The notes beneath the pieces were generated by a model. The model was not told the origin of the DNA. It was given only the letters and a program-made list of their open reading frames with translations, and did no database searches. Both the position numbers and the translations under genes were made by a program. Positions 36,066 to 45,595 of a DNA stretch of 64,000 bases are shown piece after piece. The stretch comes from Bacteroidales bacterium (GTDB lineage: Bacteria; Bacteroidota; Bacteroidia; Bacteroidales; UBA932), in the NCBI GenBank assembly GCA_012839605.1, contig DUNA01000006.1, positions 11 through 64,010 of the forward strand. The letters are read 5' to 3'. Position 1 is the first letter of the stretch, and each line of letters opens with the position of its first letter.

Positions 36066-37457
36066 CTATAAAATCCCGATTTTCAGAAATTCCAAAATAG
36101 ACTTCGCCGCCTTTCTACCGGCCCCCATGGCCAAAATTACCGTTGCGGCTCCTGTCACCACATCTCCACCTGCAAAGACACCTTCACGCGAAGTCACGCC
36201 GTTTTCATCGGCTACTATTCCGTTGTATCTGTTCATCTCCAAACCGGGAGTAGTTCTTCCAATAAGTGGGTTGGAATCGGTACCAAGAGCTATGATCACC
36301 ACGTCACATGAAATGTCAAACGTGGAATCGGGGATTTCCACCGGCCTGCGTCTGCCGCTTTCATCCGGTTCTCCCAATTCCATTTGAACACATTGCAAAC
36401 CGGTAACCCAACCTCTCTCATTTCCTAACACAGCCGTCGGGTTTGTAAGCAATTGAAATACCACTCCTTCTTCTTTGGCATGGTGTACCTCTTCAATTCG
36501 GGCCGGCATTTCTTTTTCTGTTCTCCTGTAGGCTACCACTACTTCTGCCCCCAAACGCAACGCAGTACGTGCCGCGTCCATGGCCACATTGCCTCCGCCC
36601 ACTACTACCACTTTCCTACCCACGTATATGGGCGTTTCCGATTCCGGATCATACGCTGCCATCAAATTGCTGCGCGTCAAAAATTCATTGGCCGATACAA
36701 CTCCGTTCAAGTTTTCTCCGGGGATGTTCAAAAATTTGGGCAATCCCGCTCCCGATCCAATAAATACAGCATGAAAACCTTCTTCAAACAATTGGTCAAC
36801 TGTAACGGTGCGGCCCACCACCACGTTGGTTTCTATAGTGACTCCCATCTTCTGCAACTGGCCTATTTCATACTCAACGACATCTTCCTTAGGCAAACGG
36901 AATTCAGGAATTCCATACACCAACACTCCGCCGGGTTTATGTAACGCTTCAAAAACAGTTACGTCGCAACCGGCCCTGGCCAAGTCTGTAGCACAAGCCA
37001 ATCCGGCCGGTCCCGATCCGACGACGGCTACCTTTTTCCCATTGGACGGTACCTTTTCTGATGTGGAAAATTGGTTTTCTTTAGCCCAGTCAGCCACATA
37101 ACGCTCCAATTTCCCAATAGAAATAGGCTCGTGTTTGATGCCCATGATACAAGCTCCCTCACACTGTACTTCTTGCGGACATACCCGTCCGCATACAGCC
37201 GGTAAGGAGGAATCGGCGGCAATGATGGTAGCGGCAGATTCCATATTTCCTTCCACAATGGCTTTGATAAACTGCGGAATTTGAATACTTACGGGACAAC
37301 CGGCCACACAACGCGGATTCTTGCATTGAATACAACGGGCTGCCTCTAGAACGGCTTCTTCTGTATTGTATCCGTAACTTACTTCTTCAAAATTTTTCAC
37401 CCGTTCTGCCGGATCCTGACTTCTTACAGGAATTCTGTTTGCTTGTATTTTAGCCAT
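36066..37457 (-). CDS. GltD-like NADPH-dependent oxidoreductase, large subunit (NfnB/SudA-type)
   Basis: 463 aa. The N-terminal Fe-S Cys clusters read 'RCIQCKNPRCVAGCPV' and '...CGRVCP..C..AC'. Two dinucleotide folds are present, 'VAVVGSGPAGLACA' and 'VVVVGGGNVAMDAA'. Confidence 0.8.
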   Translation of the reverse strand: MAKIQANRIPVRSQDPAERVKNFEEVSYGYNTEEAVLEAARCIQCKNPRCVAGCPVSIQIPQFIKAIVEGNMESAATIIAADSSLPAVCGRVCPQEVQCEGACIMGIKHEPISIGKLERYVADWAKENQFSTSEKVPSNGKKVAVVGSGPAGLACATDLARAGCDVTVFEALHKPGGVLVYGIPEFRLPKEDVVEYEIGQLQKMGVTIETNVVVGRTVTVDQLFEEGFHAVFIGSGAGLPKFLNIPGENLNGVVSANEFLTRSNLMAAYDPESETPIYVGRKVVVVGGGNVAMDAARTALRLGAEVVVAYRRTEKEMPARIEEVHHAKEEGVVFQLLTNPTAVLGNERGWVTGLQCVQMELGEPDESGRRRPVEIPDSTFDISCDVVIIALGTDSNPLIGRTTPGLEMNRYNGIVADENGVTSREGVFAGGDVVTGAATVILAMGAGRKAAKSILEFLKIGIL

Positions 37458-38307
37458 TTTTCAATCCAATTCTACATTTATGATCTGCATCTGCCTCTTG
37501 TGTTTTGTACATGCCTTGACGCCGCATGGCTTCGTCAAAGTTTACTTGATACGCGTCAAATTCCGGACCGTCCACACAGGCAAATTTCGTTTGACCTCCT
37601 ACCGTAACACGACATGCTCCGCACATGCCCGTACCGTCTACCATCAATGTGTTCAAACTCACAGTCAACGGCAAGTCGTACTCTTTGGCTGACAACGTAA
37701 CAAACTTCATCATAATCATAGGCCCTATGGCAACGGCTTGATCGTACGTGTGCCCGGCATCCAGCAATTCTTTCATTTTCTCTGTAACCAAACCCTTAAA
37801 ACCATACGAACCGTCGTCTGTACACACATACACTTCTTTGGCTACTTGGCGCATCTCTTCCTCCATAATGACCAAATCCTTCGTTTTGGCTCCTATAATG
37901 ACCTCTACGTGTGCTCCTTTTTCATGCAAATATTTCACCTGCGGATAGACAGGTGCCGTTCCCAACCCTCCGGCTATAAATAAATACTTCTTTTGTTTCA
38001 ATGCCTCATCTTCTTCGTGAATAAATGCCGAAGGCACTCCCAGCGGGCCGGCAAAATCAACAAATGCATCGCCTTCTTCCAAGGCACAAATTCTGCGGGA
38101 AGAAGCACCTACCTGCTGAGTTACTATAGTCACCGAACCTGCCAGGGGATTGTAATCACATATAGTCAATGGAATTCTTTCTCCCACTTCACTTACTCGT
38201 ACAATTAAAAATTGTCCCGGTTTGGCAGAAGAGGCAATACGCGGGGCCAGCACCTCCATCAAACAAATATCGGGTGCCAAAAAACGTTTTTTCAAAATGT
38301 CATACAT
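37450..38307 (-). CDS. Ferredoxin-NADP reductase-like FAD/NAD-binding small subunit (NfnA/SudB-type)
   Basis: 285 aa with 'PGQFLIVRV...ERIPLTI' and 'LFIAGGLGTAPV'. The C-terminal 2Fe-2S motif is 'DGTGMCGACRV...FACVDGP'. It overlaps the downstream partner by 8 nt. Confidence 0.8.
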   Translation of the reverse strand: MYDILKKRFLAPDICLMEVLAPRIASSAKPGQFLIVRVSEVGERIPLTICDYNPLAGSVTIVTQQVGASSRRICALEEGDAFVDFAGPLGVPSAFIHEEDEALKQKKYLFIAGGLGTAPVYPQVKYLHEKGAHVEVIIGAKTKDLVIMEEEMRQVAKEVYVCTDDGSYGFKGLVTEKMKELLDAGHTYDQAVAIGPMIMMKFVTLSAKEYDLPLTVSLNTLMVDGTGMCGACRVTVGGQTKFACVDGPEFDAYQVNFDEAMRRQGMYKTQEADADHKCRIGLKNG

Positions 38308-38359
38308 AACCTAAGGCTTAAAAGATGGGCAAAGATATAAAAAAGCCCTGTACTAAAGG

Positions 38360-40906
38360 TTACGGCAAGCGTTCAAACGTATAGCCTTTTTGCTTTAAGG
38401 TGTCTATGATTTCTTCCAAACGGTTATACAACTTGTCTGTACGGCTGTCTTCCGTTCCCGGATGGATGAGTACCAATGCACCGTTGAGTCCTTCCTTTGA
38501 TTCCACATGCATCAGCTGCCGGACCAATTCCTCTGTGCTTCTATAAGACGGCATATCGGGTGTGGTATAATCTGCTCTTGTAAGAATACCGGACGTAGGT
38601 GCCACCACTTCCAACCCCATAGTTGCCCCTACGCGCACCGTCTCTGTGTTGTAATGTTCGTAAGAAGGCATAAACCACCGGACACCGGCCGGATGTACTC
38701 CCGCTTTTTCCAGCGCTTTCATATTGTCCGCTATATCGCGACGCAAACTGTCCGGAGTCACCAATGATTTTTCTCTGTCTCCATGCCATGGTGCATACAG
38801 CAAATGCCTGTGTCCGTGCGGTCCTACAAAATGACCGTCCTTTACAATATCTTGAACCAGACGCCTCCATTTCCTGTTTTCCAAACAATTCCCCGTTAAG
38901 AAAAAAGACGCCTTTACCTGCTGTTTTTTCAATGTTTTCAAGACAGTGCGTCCTCCTTCAAAAAGTTCATCGGCCGTAAACACCAGATACAAGCTCTTTG
39001 CATGAGGATCCATCTTGACGACGGCTCCCATTGCGTCACGCACCGCACGCACTTGTTTTCCCTCGGCTTGCCATCTTAACTCCTGTTCTTTTCCTTCCCA
39101 TTCTTTGGCGGCCATATAATACGTCAATGCGGCCGTTCCGTCCATAGTAGGTTCGTTCGTTGCATAATCCCAATCGTGGTCGTGATAAAAAGCATCGCCC
39201 TTGTTAAATTCTGCATAAGAAACGGCTGCATCTGCCCAAGAAATGTACTGGCTGTGCTGTTCCATATTTTTCCTCCATTGCGGGCCGTCTATCAAACCGC
39301 CCGGTGAACTTTCACCCAACACTTTCAGGTACGATGAATGGTGGTCCAAAGGGTAATTGCCTCCTTGCGGAAAGTCAATAACCATGGAAATTCCCCACGG
39401 ATTGCAACCGAACAACCAATCCCTCAAAGAGGCTTCCATTTCTCTGTATGTTTCGTCACCGGTCAATTTGTGGTACAAATGGGCTTGCGTGATGGCGGCC
39501 GTCAACAAATTGTTCGAACACCAAATCAAAGGAACGCCGTTGTAAAACGCACATTCTTCTCCTCTTAGCCGTATGTGTTCCAATCCTTGGCGCATGAAAT
39601 CCATATACTTTTCCGACACATGCGTCCCCGATTGCGCCAAATAATAATGGCCCAAATTGATGAACGGATAAAATTGATAATGACGCGCTCGTCCCAATTC
39701 CATCCATGGCGTCACTTCTTCCAGGCGGCCCCAATAATCGGCCTTTTCCAGCCATTCTTCTCCTTCTCCCAGGTGGTAAAACACAGCGGCCGCCAATTCC
39801 ACATCGTCCACGTAATTGTCTTCTTCATAAAAATACGGCGATCGCACACAACACGTTTGCGTATTCCCCGGCATTTCTTCTGCAAAGGCGTAAGCCGGAA
39901 GCGCTTTGGCACCCAGTTCCTCGGCAAAATCGCGGTCTATGTCTTTGAAAAGAGCTGCACCCATTTTAAAAGCCGAGGCAAACTTTCCGGCAGAGGAAGC
40001 CACCCCCGTAGATCTGTTTATATACGGTCCCAAGCCTTGCGGCCTCCCGGAAATGTAATAAACCGGTCTTCCTCCGTCAGGTCCCCAACCGTAATCGGCC
40101 CTGTCGCCTACGGGCAACCGGTGCCCTATGTGGTCCCTGTCGTCTGCAATCTGATTGAACATCACCCGCTCTTCCGGGTTCATTTTCAACATCCACTCCA
40201 AGCCCCAACGCACCTCGTCCAAAATATCGGGAATGCCGTTGGCCCCGGGGCGTCCCAAAGCATCGTGTTGGTCTGCAAAAATGCTTTTGTCCGCTGTTTG
40301 CGTGTAGGCAAACATCATCTGAAACGTAGCGTTTGCACTCGTAGGCAGGTATTGCAAATAATCAGCGGCATCGTGCCAGCCTCCGCGTACATCTATTTTC
40401 TCACCGGAACGTTCCGGGTGCAACACAATATATGCGTCGTTCTGGTGGCATAAGGTATCCAGGAAAGGATTGTAGCCGCACCGTTGTTGGCGCATATAGC
40501 GGAGTAGAAAATCTGTCGTACCCTCGTAGACTTTCGTATTGATACCAAAAGCCGGAGATTCAATGGTACCGCCGTCAGACAACCGAGCCACCACTTTGTA
40601 TCCGCCGGGTTCTTTCAGATTGGTAAATGTCAGTCTGTACGCTTTGGCCATGCCCCAATGCTCCGCACGTGCCTCTTGTACCTGTTGGCCGGGAACAGTC
40701 CCCTTGTACACAGCTTCTCCCGTTCGAACATCTACAATGGAGAAACCATCTACAGCTACCTCTTTTTGAGAAATAAGAACGGCTGTTTTTATGTCTTCAG
40801 GCAGGTACCCCGCTTGATTGATGCGTATCCAAGCAGTTGTGTCCGCAGCATGAAGAGCCGTCAAAGAAATAAGAAAACAAGCTATACTTGCAAAAAAGTG
40901 TCTCAT
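38360..40906 (-). CDS. Glycoside hydrolase family 9 (with N-terminal Ig-like module) fused to a C-terminal polysaccharide-deacetylase (NodB/CE4-like) domain
   Basis: Starts at 'MRHFFASIACFLISLTALHA'. 'IRINQAGYLPEDIKTAVLIS' is a CelD_N-like module. The GH9 motifs include 'RGGWHDAADYLQY'. The C-terminal ~230 aa contain 'LVFTADE...FFLTG...HGHRH...LIHPG', a deacetylase-like pattern. Confidence 0.75.
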   Translation of the reverse strand: MRHFFASIACFLISLTALHAADTTAWIRINQAGYLPEDIKTAVLISQKEVAVDGFSIVDVRTGEAVYKGTVPGQQVQEARAEHWGMAKAYRLTFTNLKEPGGYKVVARLSDGGTIESPAFGINTKVYEGTTDFLLRYMRQQRCGYNPFLDTLCHQNDAYIVLHPERSGEKIDVRGGWHDAADYLQYLPTSANATFQMMFAYTQTADKSIFADQHDALGRPGANGIPDILDEVRWGLEWMLKMNPEERVMFNQIADDRDHIGHRLPVGDRADYGWGPDGGRPVYYISGRPQGLGPYINRSTGVASSAGKFASAFKMGAALFKDIDRDFAEELGAKALPAYAFAEEMPGNTQTCCVRSPYFYEEDNYVDDVELAAAVFYHLGEGEEWLEKADYWGRLEEVTPWMELGRARHYQFYPFINLGHYYLAQSGTHVSEKYMDFMRQGLEHIRLRGEECAFYNGVPLIWCSNNLLTAAITQAHLYHKLTGDETYREMEASLRDWLFGCNPWGISMVIDFPQGGNYPLDHHSSYLKVLGESSPGGLIDGPQWRKNMEQHSQYISWADAAVSYAEFNKGDAFYHDHDWDYATNEPTMDGTAALTYYMAAKEWEGKEQELRWQAEGKQVRAVRDAMGAVVKMDPHAKSLYLVFTADELFEGGRTVLKTLKKQQVKASFFLTGNCLENRKWRRLVQDIVKDGHFVGPHGHRHLLYAPWHGDREKSLVTPDSLRRDIADNMKALEKAGVHPAGVRWFMPSYEHYNTETVRVGATMGLEVVAPTSGILTRADYTTPDMPSYRSTEELVRQLMHVESKEGLNGALVLIHPGTEDSRTDKLYNRLEEIIDTLKQKGYTFERLP

Positions 40907-40953
40907 AATACTAGATTTTACTTCTTTACAAATATAGCCGTTTCTATCACACC

Positions 40954-43320
40954 TTAGAGTGTAAATCGTAATCCGCCGTACACTCTGATGCCCATCAACG
41001 GTCCCCAAATGACACTGGCATTGAAATGGGGAGAAAAAGGATCGTCGGCAGAAATGATGGGATTGGGCTGTTTGTAATTCAACAAATTTTCACCTCCTAC
41101 GTAGATTTCCCATTTGTTTATTTTTCTGGTGACTTGTGCAAAGAACATAGGGAACACCGGTGAATAGGCGTCTTCTTCCGTTGCCGCAAAAGAAGGAATT
41201 CTAGCCGGCCCGTTCAATTGTCCCGTAACATCAAATACCCAATTTTCAGAAGGTGTGGTATACTGCAAATTCAACACCCCTTTGTATTTGCTTGTCAACG
41301 GTCTGTCCACCAATCCTTGTCCTTTCAAGTCTACTTTTGATTGGTTGTAACGGAAAGTAGCCAGCAACGTAAATCCACGGAACAAATCTGCAGTAAAATC
41401 TGCTTGGTACGTATTGGTATAGGAGCGGCCCTCCAAATTGTAAAACAACACGGCAGGCACCGGCGCATTAAACATAAACTCTTGGTCTGCAATCATTTGA
41501 TTCTTAAAATCCGTTCGGAAGTATTCTACGCTAAAAGTAGAGGGTTCTTCGTAACCAAACGGCAAATCAAACGTCAAGTTGACGCCGTATGTCCAAGCTT
41601 CTTCCATTTGCGGCGTACCTTCAAACAGAAGCCGCCTTCCCGTAGAAAGCGAACCTATGTTGTCTGTAATTACATATGGGGAACGGAAACCACGGCCTGC
41701 CGAAGCCCGCAACACCATTTCTTCCGTAAAATTGTAACGTACGTTGGCACCCGGCGTAAAGAGCCATCCAAAAACCGTATTGTAATCTGCCCTTGCTCCG
41801 GCTATGAAAACCAATTTGTCATCTACCTGCAACGTATATTCTCCAAAGCCTCCAAATGCATGTTCTTTACGTCCCAGGTCATAGAATTCTTCTCCGCCGC
41901 CGGCCCATCTGTCCCATAACGTCTGATCCAAGTGTTCCAAGTGAGCTGACAGACCCAAAGAAATTTTATGGTATTTTCCTATGCTGGACAAAAACATGGC
42001 GTTTGCAAAAAATTCTTGCTGAAAAGCATTGAATTCTTTCAATCCAAAATACGTGTTTTGTTCGTGCAAGTTGTAGTCCAGCACTATTGCAATATTCGGA
42101 TCCACGTGGTTGTCGTCGTGGTCGTGATCGCCGTGATCGTCGTGATCGTCGTCATCATGGTCGTCGCCATCGTGGTCGTGGTCGTGATCGTGGTCGTGGT
42201 CGTGATCGTGATCGTGCGCTACGAGTGGAATGCCTATTTTCAAATAAGCATTCAGACCTTTGTTGAGAATACGAGATCCCCAACGTGTCTGTTCCGGAGC
42301 CTGTCCCGGCATCACCCAAACGGCGTTCGTTTGACCTCCTTTGCGGTCTTCATACAATCCTCTGAAACCAAAACGTACTTGAGCACCTGATTGGTGTTCA
42401 TACAACCACCTGTTGGCCAGCTGATAACGATTGGTCAGCGGTTCGTCTAAAAACCCATCGTTGTTGCCATCGTGCGGCAACAAGTCTGCCGACACGTGTG
42501 CCAAAGTAATCGTACTCCAGTGGTCGTTCAGTTGCAGAGCCGAGGCGATGTTGGCCTCTGTACGTAACGCGTCGTTCAAAAACAAGTTTAGATAAAACGG
42601 CAACTGAGCAGTGGGTTTGCGGTATTCCATATTGATTTGGCCGGTAACCGCCTCGTACCCGTTTACTACAGAACCTGTTCCTTTGGCAATTTGGATGCTT
42701 TCCAACCATTGTCCGGGAACGAATGAAAAGCCAAAAGGTACTTGTACACCGCGCATGGCCGGTCTGTTTTCTTCTAACATTTGCGTATAATTGCCGCTCA
42801 ATCCCAACAAACGTATTTGACGTGCTCCTGTTACGGCATCTGCATATCCCACTGTTACACTGGCCGAGTTTTCAAAACTCTCTGCCAAATTGCAACAAGC
42901 CATTTTGCAAAGGCCGGCCGCCGTAATCACTTCTGTTTTTATAGGTGTAAACTTGGAAATCAAGTTGCCTTTCTGACGTCCCAAGATATGTACCGTTTCC
43001 AAAGCACCTGCATCTTCGTGTAAGATAAATTCTATATTATGGGAAGGTTCATGTACGTGTATCGTGTCCGGGGCAAAGCCCATATATGCAGCCACCAGCA
43101 AATGTGATTTGCCGGCAGCAATCCGAAAGCCTCCGTTTTCATCTGTATAAACGACTTCCTTGACAGTGCCACCCGGCGTTTCAGGCGCCCAAAACACAGC
43201 TGCAGCCGCAGCCGGTTCCAAACGGCCTCTATCACCGGCTATAAATACCTTTCCGGTAAATTGTTGTGCATAAGAAAAAAGAGGAAAAAAGATTAAAAAA
43301 TAAAAGATTGTCTTTTTCAT
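40954..43320 (-). CDS. TonB-dependent receptor with N-terminal CarbopepD_reg domain and a His/Asp-rich insert
   Basis: 788 aa with a signal peptide. 'FTGKVFIAGDRGRLEPAAAAAVFW' is CarbopepD_reg-like and the plug reads 'IQIAKGTGSVVNGYEAVTGQINMEY'. The insert is 'HDHDHDHDHDHDHDHDGDDHDDDDHDDHGDHDHDDNH'. The terminal strand reads 'GIRVYGGLRFTL'. Confidence 0.85.
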   Translation of the reverse strand: MKKTIFYFLIFFPLFSYAQQFTGKVFIAGDRGRLEPAAAAAVFWAPETPGGTVKEVVYTDENGGFRIAAGKSHLLVAAYMGFAPDTIHVHEPSHNIEFILHEDAGALETVHILGRQKGNLISKFTPIKTEVITAAGLCKMACCNLAESFENSASVTVGYADAVTGARQIRLLGLSGNYTQMLEENRPAMRGVQVPFGFSFVPGQWLESIQIAKGTGSVVNGYEAVTGQINMEYRKPTAQLPFYLNLFLNDALRTEANIASALQLNDHWSTITLAHVSADLLPHDGNNDGFLDEPLTNRYQLANRWLYEHQSGAQVRFGFRGLYEDRKGGQTNAVWVMPGQAPEQTRWGSRILNKGLNAYLKIGIPLVAHDHDHDHDHDHDHDHDGDDHDDDDHDDHGDHDHDDNHVDPNIAIVLDYNLHEQNTYFGLKEFNAFQQEFFANAMFLSSIGKYHKISLGLSAHLEHLDQTLWDRWAGGGEEFYDLGRKEHAFGGFGEYTLQVDDKLVFIAGARADYNTVFGWLFTPGANVRYNFTEEMVLRASAGRGFRSPYVITDNIGSLSTGRRLLFEGTPQMEEAWTYGVNLTFDLPFGYEEPSTFSVEYFRTDFKNQMIADQEFMFNAPVPAVLFYNLEGRSYTNTYQADFTADLFRGFTLLATFRYNQSKVDLKGQGLVDRPLTSKYKGVLNLQYTTPSENWVFDVTGQLNGPARIPSFAATEEDAYSPVFPMFFAQVTRKINKWEIYVGGENLLNYKQPNPIISADDPFSPHFNASVIWGPLMGIRVYGGLRFTL
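42104..42217. repeat. Imperfect hexanucleotide (GTGGTC/GTGATC) coding microsatellite encoding the HD-rich loop
   Basis: Runs of 'cgtggtcgtggtcgtgatcgtggtcgtggtcgtgatcgtgatcgtg' on the plus strand correspond to (His-Asp)n on the minus strand. Confidence 0.85.
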
Positions 43321-43379
43321 AAAACTTTGCGTGTTGTAATGAATGAATTTATTGTTTTACAAAGGGGGAAAACAATCAT

Positions 43380-43802
43380 TCATAAACGCAAAGGAGCAAA
43401 ATCATTATCTACATAAGACGAAGGTATCCGGTGTCCCGTTCGGAACATCTTTTCTAAGAACAAAGAGCCTGGTGTTGGTTCGGATACTTTAGCCATAACA
43501 GCCTGAAACAAATCAGGCGGTGTAATGGTCTTAACCAACTTGGGCGTATGCGATTCGCTGCCTTTTAAAGACAGATCGTGGATAGAGAAAACTTGCGTAT
43601 TGCAACAATCTTTGTCATGGTCATCGTGGTTCTCTTGGTCGTACGTGTGATCATGGATATGTCCGCAATCACCTCCGCCATAAAGCAGCAGCACGTGAGG
43701 TGTTTTTTCATGTGCACAATAATGCACAGAAAACCCCATGGCGGCTGTAAGAAACACAGCCGTAACCAAAAAACCGGATAGAATACGTAGGGTTTTTCTC
43801 AT
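43380..43802 (-). CDS. HYC_CC_PP family small membrane protein (metal-uptake associated), His/Asp-rich
   Basis: Starts at the ATG 'MRKTLRILSGFLVTAVFLTAAMGF' (the tracked ORF begins at an upstream TTG), which includes a TM helix. The name-giving motifs appear in order: 'HYC' (SVHYCAHE), 'CC' (KDCCNTQ) and 'PP' (ITPPDLF). It also contains 'HIHDHTYDQENHDDHD'. Confidence 0.65.
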   Translation of the reverse strand: MRKTLRILSGFLVTAVFLTAAMGFSVHYCAHEKTPHVLLLYGGGDCGHIHDHTYDQENHDDHDKDCCNTQVFSIHDLSLKGSESHTPKLVKTITPPDLFQAVMAKVSEPTPGSLFLEKMFRTGHRIPSSYVDNDFAPLRL

Positions 43803-43852
43803 TCTTGTCTGCAAATATAGTTATTTTTGTAAATCACAAGAACAATGCCATT

Positions 43853-45595
43853 ATGAAAGAATTTCTCAAAATCCTAGCCGCTGTTTTGTTAGGTACAATA
43901 CTAACAGGCATCCTCGGCTTTTTTCTGATACTGGGAGCTGTTTCCAATTTAATCCGCATAGGGTCAGATGCTTCTGTTGCTTCCATTCCGGATAAATCTA
44001 TCTTATACGTATCGTTTGAAGAAGGTATATCCACACAAGATTCCGACCTCCCTGTCCTTGCTTTTTTACCTAAAGAATTGGGAATAGTCCAAGGAGGTAC
44101 AAGTTTCTTTGGCATGGCACAAGCCATCAGAGAAGCTGCTCACGACCCTTCCGTGCGCTTGATTTACATGGACCCACAAGCGCTGAATGCCCAAATGTCA
44201 CATATAGAAGAAATCAGAAATGCTTTGTTGTATTTCCGCCAAAGCGGCAAACCCGTAATCAGTTATGCGGGAGTGTATTCACAACAAGCTTACTACCTGG
44301 CTACGGCTGCAGATAAAATTGCCATACACCCTTCCGGAAATATTATGTTGCAAGGATTCAGTTTGACATTGAATTATTATAAAGACTTTTTTGACCGTTT
44401 TGGTATAAACGTGCAATGGGTACGGCACGGCAATTACAAAACAGGAGGAGAAATGTATACGCAAGCATACATGAGCAAAGAAGATGAAAAACAACTTTCT
44501 TCTTATATGGATGGAGCTTGGAACCATTGGGAAAAAGGCATGGAAGCCATGCGCCATTTGGAACAAGGAACAATCAACGGCTTGTGCAACAACTCTTTCC
44601 TCTTTTCTGCACCGCAGGCAAACAGTTCAGGATTGGCAGATGAGATCTGGCATAGAGATGAAATGATGTCTTATCTATCAAATGTCTATGAAGGCATTCC
44701 GGAACACAGAATACCTTTTGTCCCCTTAAAGAAATACATACGTTATGTAAATTATAACAAGACCAAGAAAAAATTCGTAAAAGAAAAAATTGCCACTATA
44801 TACTTAAAAGGGGAAATCATGCCGGGTGACAACAAGGCAGTAGTTTCTTCAGAGCCTTTTGCAGAGCAACTGGGTCGTTACCGTCGCGACAGTACGGTGA
44901 AAGCCGTAGTTGTAAGAATAGAAAGTCCCGGAGGCGACCCCATGGCATCGGATATACTGGCTCGAGAAATAGAATTGACTAAAAAAGTCAAACCCGTTAT
45001 TGTTTCTATGGGAGATGTGGCAGCTTCCGGTGGGTATTGGATAAGCTCCGGAGCCACTGAAATCTTTACGGAACCCTTTACCATGACGGGGTCTATTGGG
45101 GTGTACAGCTTGTATTTTAACGTGGAAGATGCCATGAATCGCCTGCTGAACATTCATCCTCAAACCATACAAACGCATCCGTACGGTAGTTTTCAATCTT
45201 TTTATCACAAAAAAAGCCCTGCAGCCTTAGACATAATCCAAGAATCTGTAAATCATACATATCAACAATTTATTGAAACAGTATCCAGAAACAGAAATTT
45301 GAATCTGTCTGAAGTGGAAGCGTTGGCTCACGGACGTATTTGGTTGGGGTCCCAGGCCGTGGAAAACGGCTTGGCAGATCATATTGGAGGCCTTACTCAA
45401 GCCATTGACCGGGCCGCATCTATAGCCGGCATCACACAATATAGATTGGTTTCCTACCCCAAACCCATGACCCTCTCACAATGGATTGGAGTTAAGGGGG
45501 AATACACGGGAGTGCCATCGTGGGTTACTACTCTTCTGAAAGAGCGGGGTGTGAGGGCTCGCCTTCCTTTTGACGAAGAAGCATTATTGTGGTAG
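43853..45595 (+). CDS. sppA: Signal peptide peptidase SppA, 67K type
   Basis: Starts at 'MKEFLKILAAVLLGTILTG' (TM helix). Two S49 domains are present, with 'VVRIESPGGDPMASD' and 'GDVAASGGYWISSGA'. Confidence 0.88.
   Translation: MKEFLKILAAVLLGTILTGILGFFLILGAVSNLIRIGSDASVASIPDKSILYVSFEEGISTQDSDLPVLAFLPKELGIVQGGTSFFGMAQAIREAAHDPSVRLIYMDPQALNAQMSHIEEIRNALLYFRQSGKPVISYAGVYSQQAYYLATAADKIAIHPSGNIMLQGFSLTLNYYKDFFDRFGINVQWVRHGNYKTGGEMYTQAYMSKEDEKQLSSYMDGAWNHWEKGMEAMRHLEQGTINGLCNNSFLFSAPQANSSGLADEIWHRDEMMSYLSNVYEGIPEHRIPFVPLKKYIRYVNYNKTKKKFVKEKIATIYLKGEIMPGDNKAVVSSEPFAEQLGRYRRDSTVKAVVVRIESPGGDPMASDILAREIELTKKVKPVIVSMGDVAASGGYWISSGATEIFTEPFTMTGSIGVYSLYFNVEDAMNRLLNIHPQTIQTHPYGSFQSFYHKKSPAALDIIQESVNHTYQQFIETVSRNRNLNLSEVEALAHGRIWLGSQAVENGLADHIGGLTQAIDRAASIAGITQYRLVSYPKPMTLSQWIGVKGEYTGVPSWVTTLLKERGVRARLPFDEEALLW

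Noticed and set aside
39575-40453. 292-aa ORF antisense to the GH9 gene
   Set aside because: The translation is low-complexity and R/H/F/I-rich with no motifs. The opposite strand carries conserved GH9 motifs.
42104-42217. Possible CRISPR-like or other non-coding repeat arrays (this tract, and also 50029-50088, 50737-50799 and 57392-57577)
   Set aside because: All are short-period, in-frame coding tandem repeats inside well-supported ORFs. There is no repeat-spacer architecture and there are no cas genes. No CRISPR array is present in the window.
41968-42390. 140-aa plus-strand ORF containing 'VVVVVIAVIVVIVVIMVVAIVVVVVIVVVVVIVIV'
   Set aside because: It is the antisense reading of the His/Asp-coding microsatellite inside the TonB-dependent receptor, not a real hydrophobic protein.
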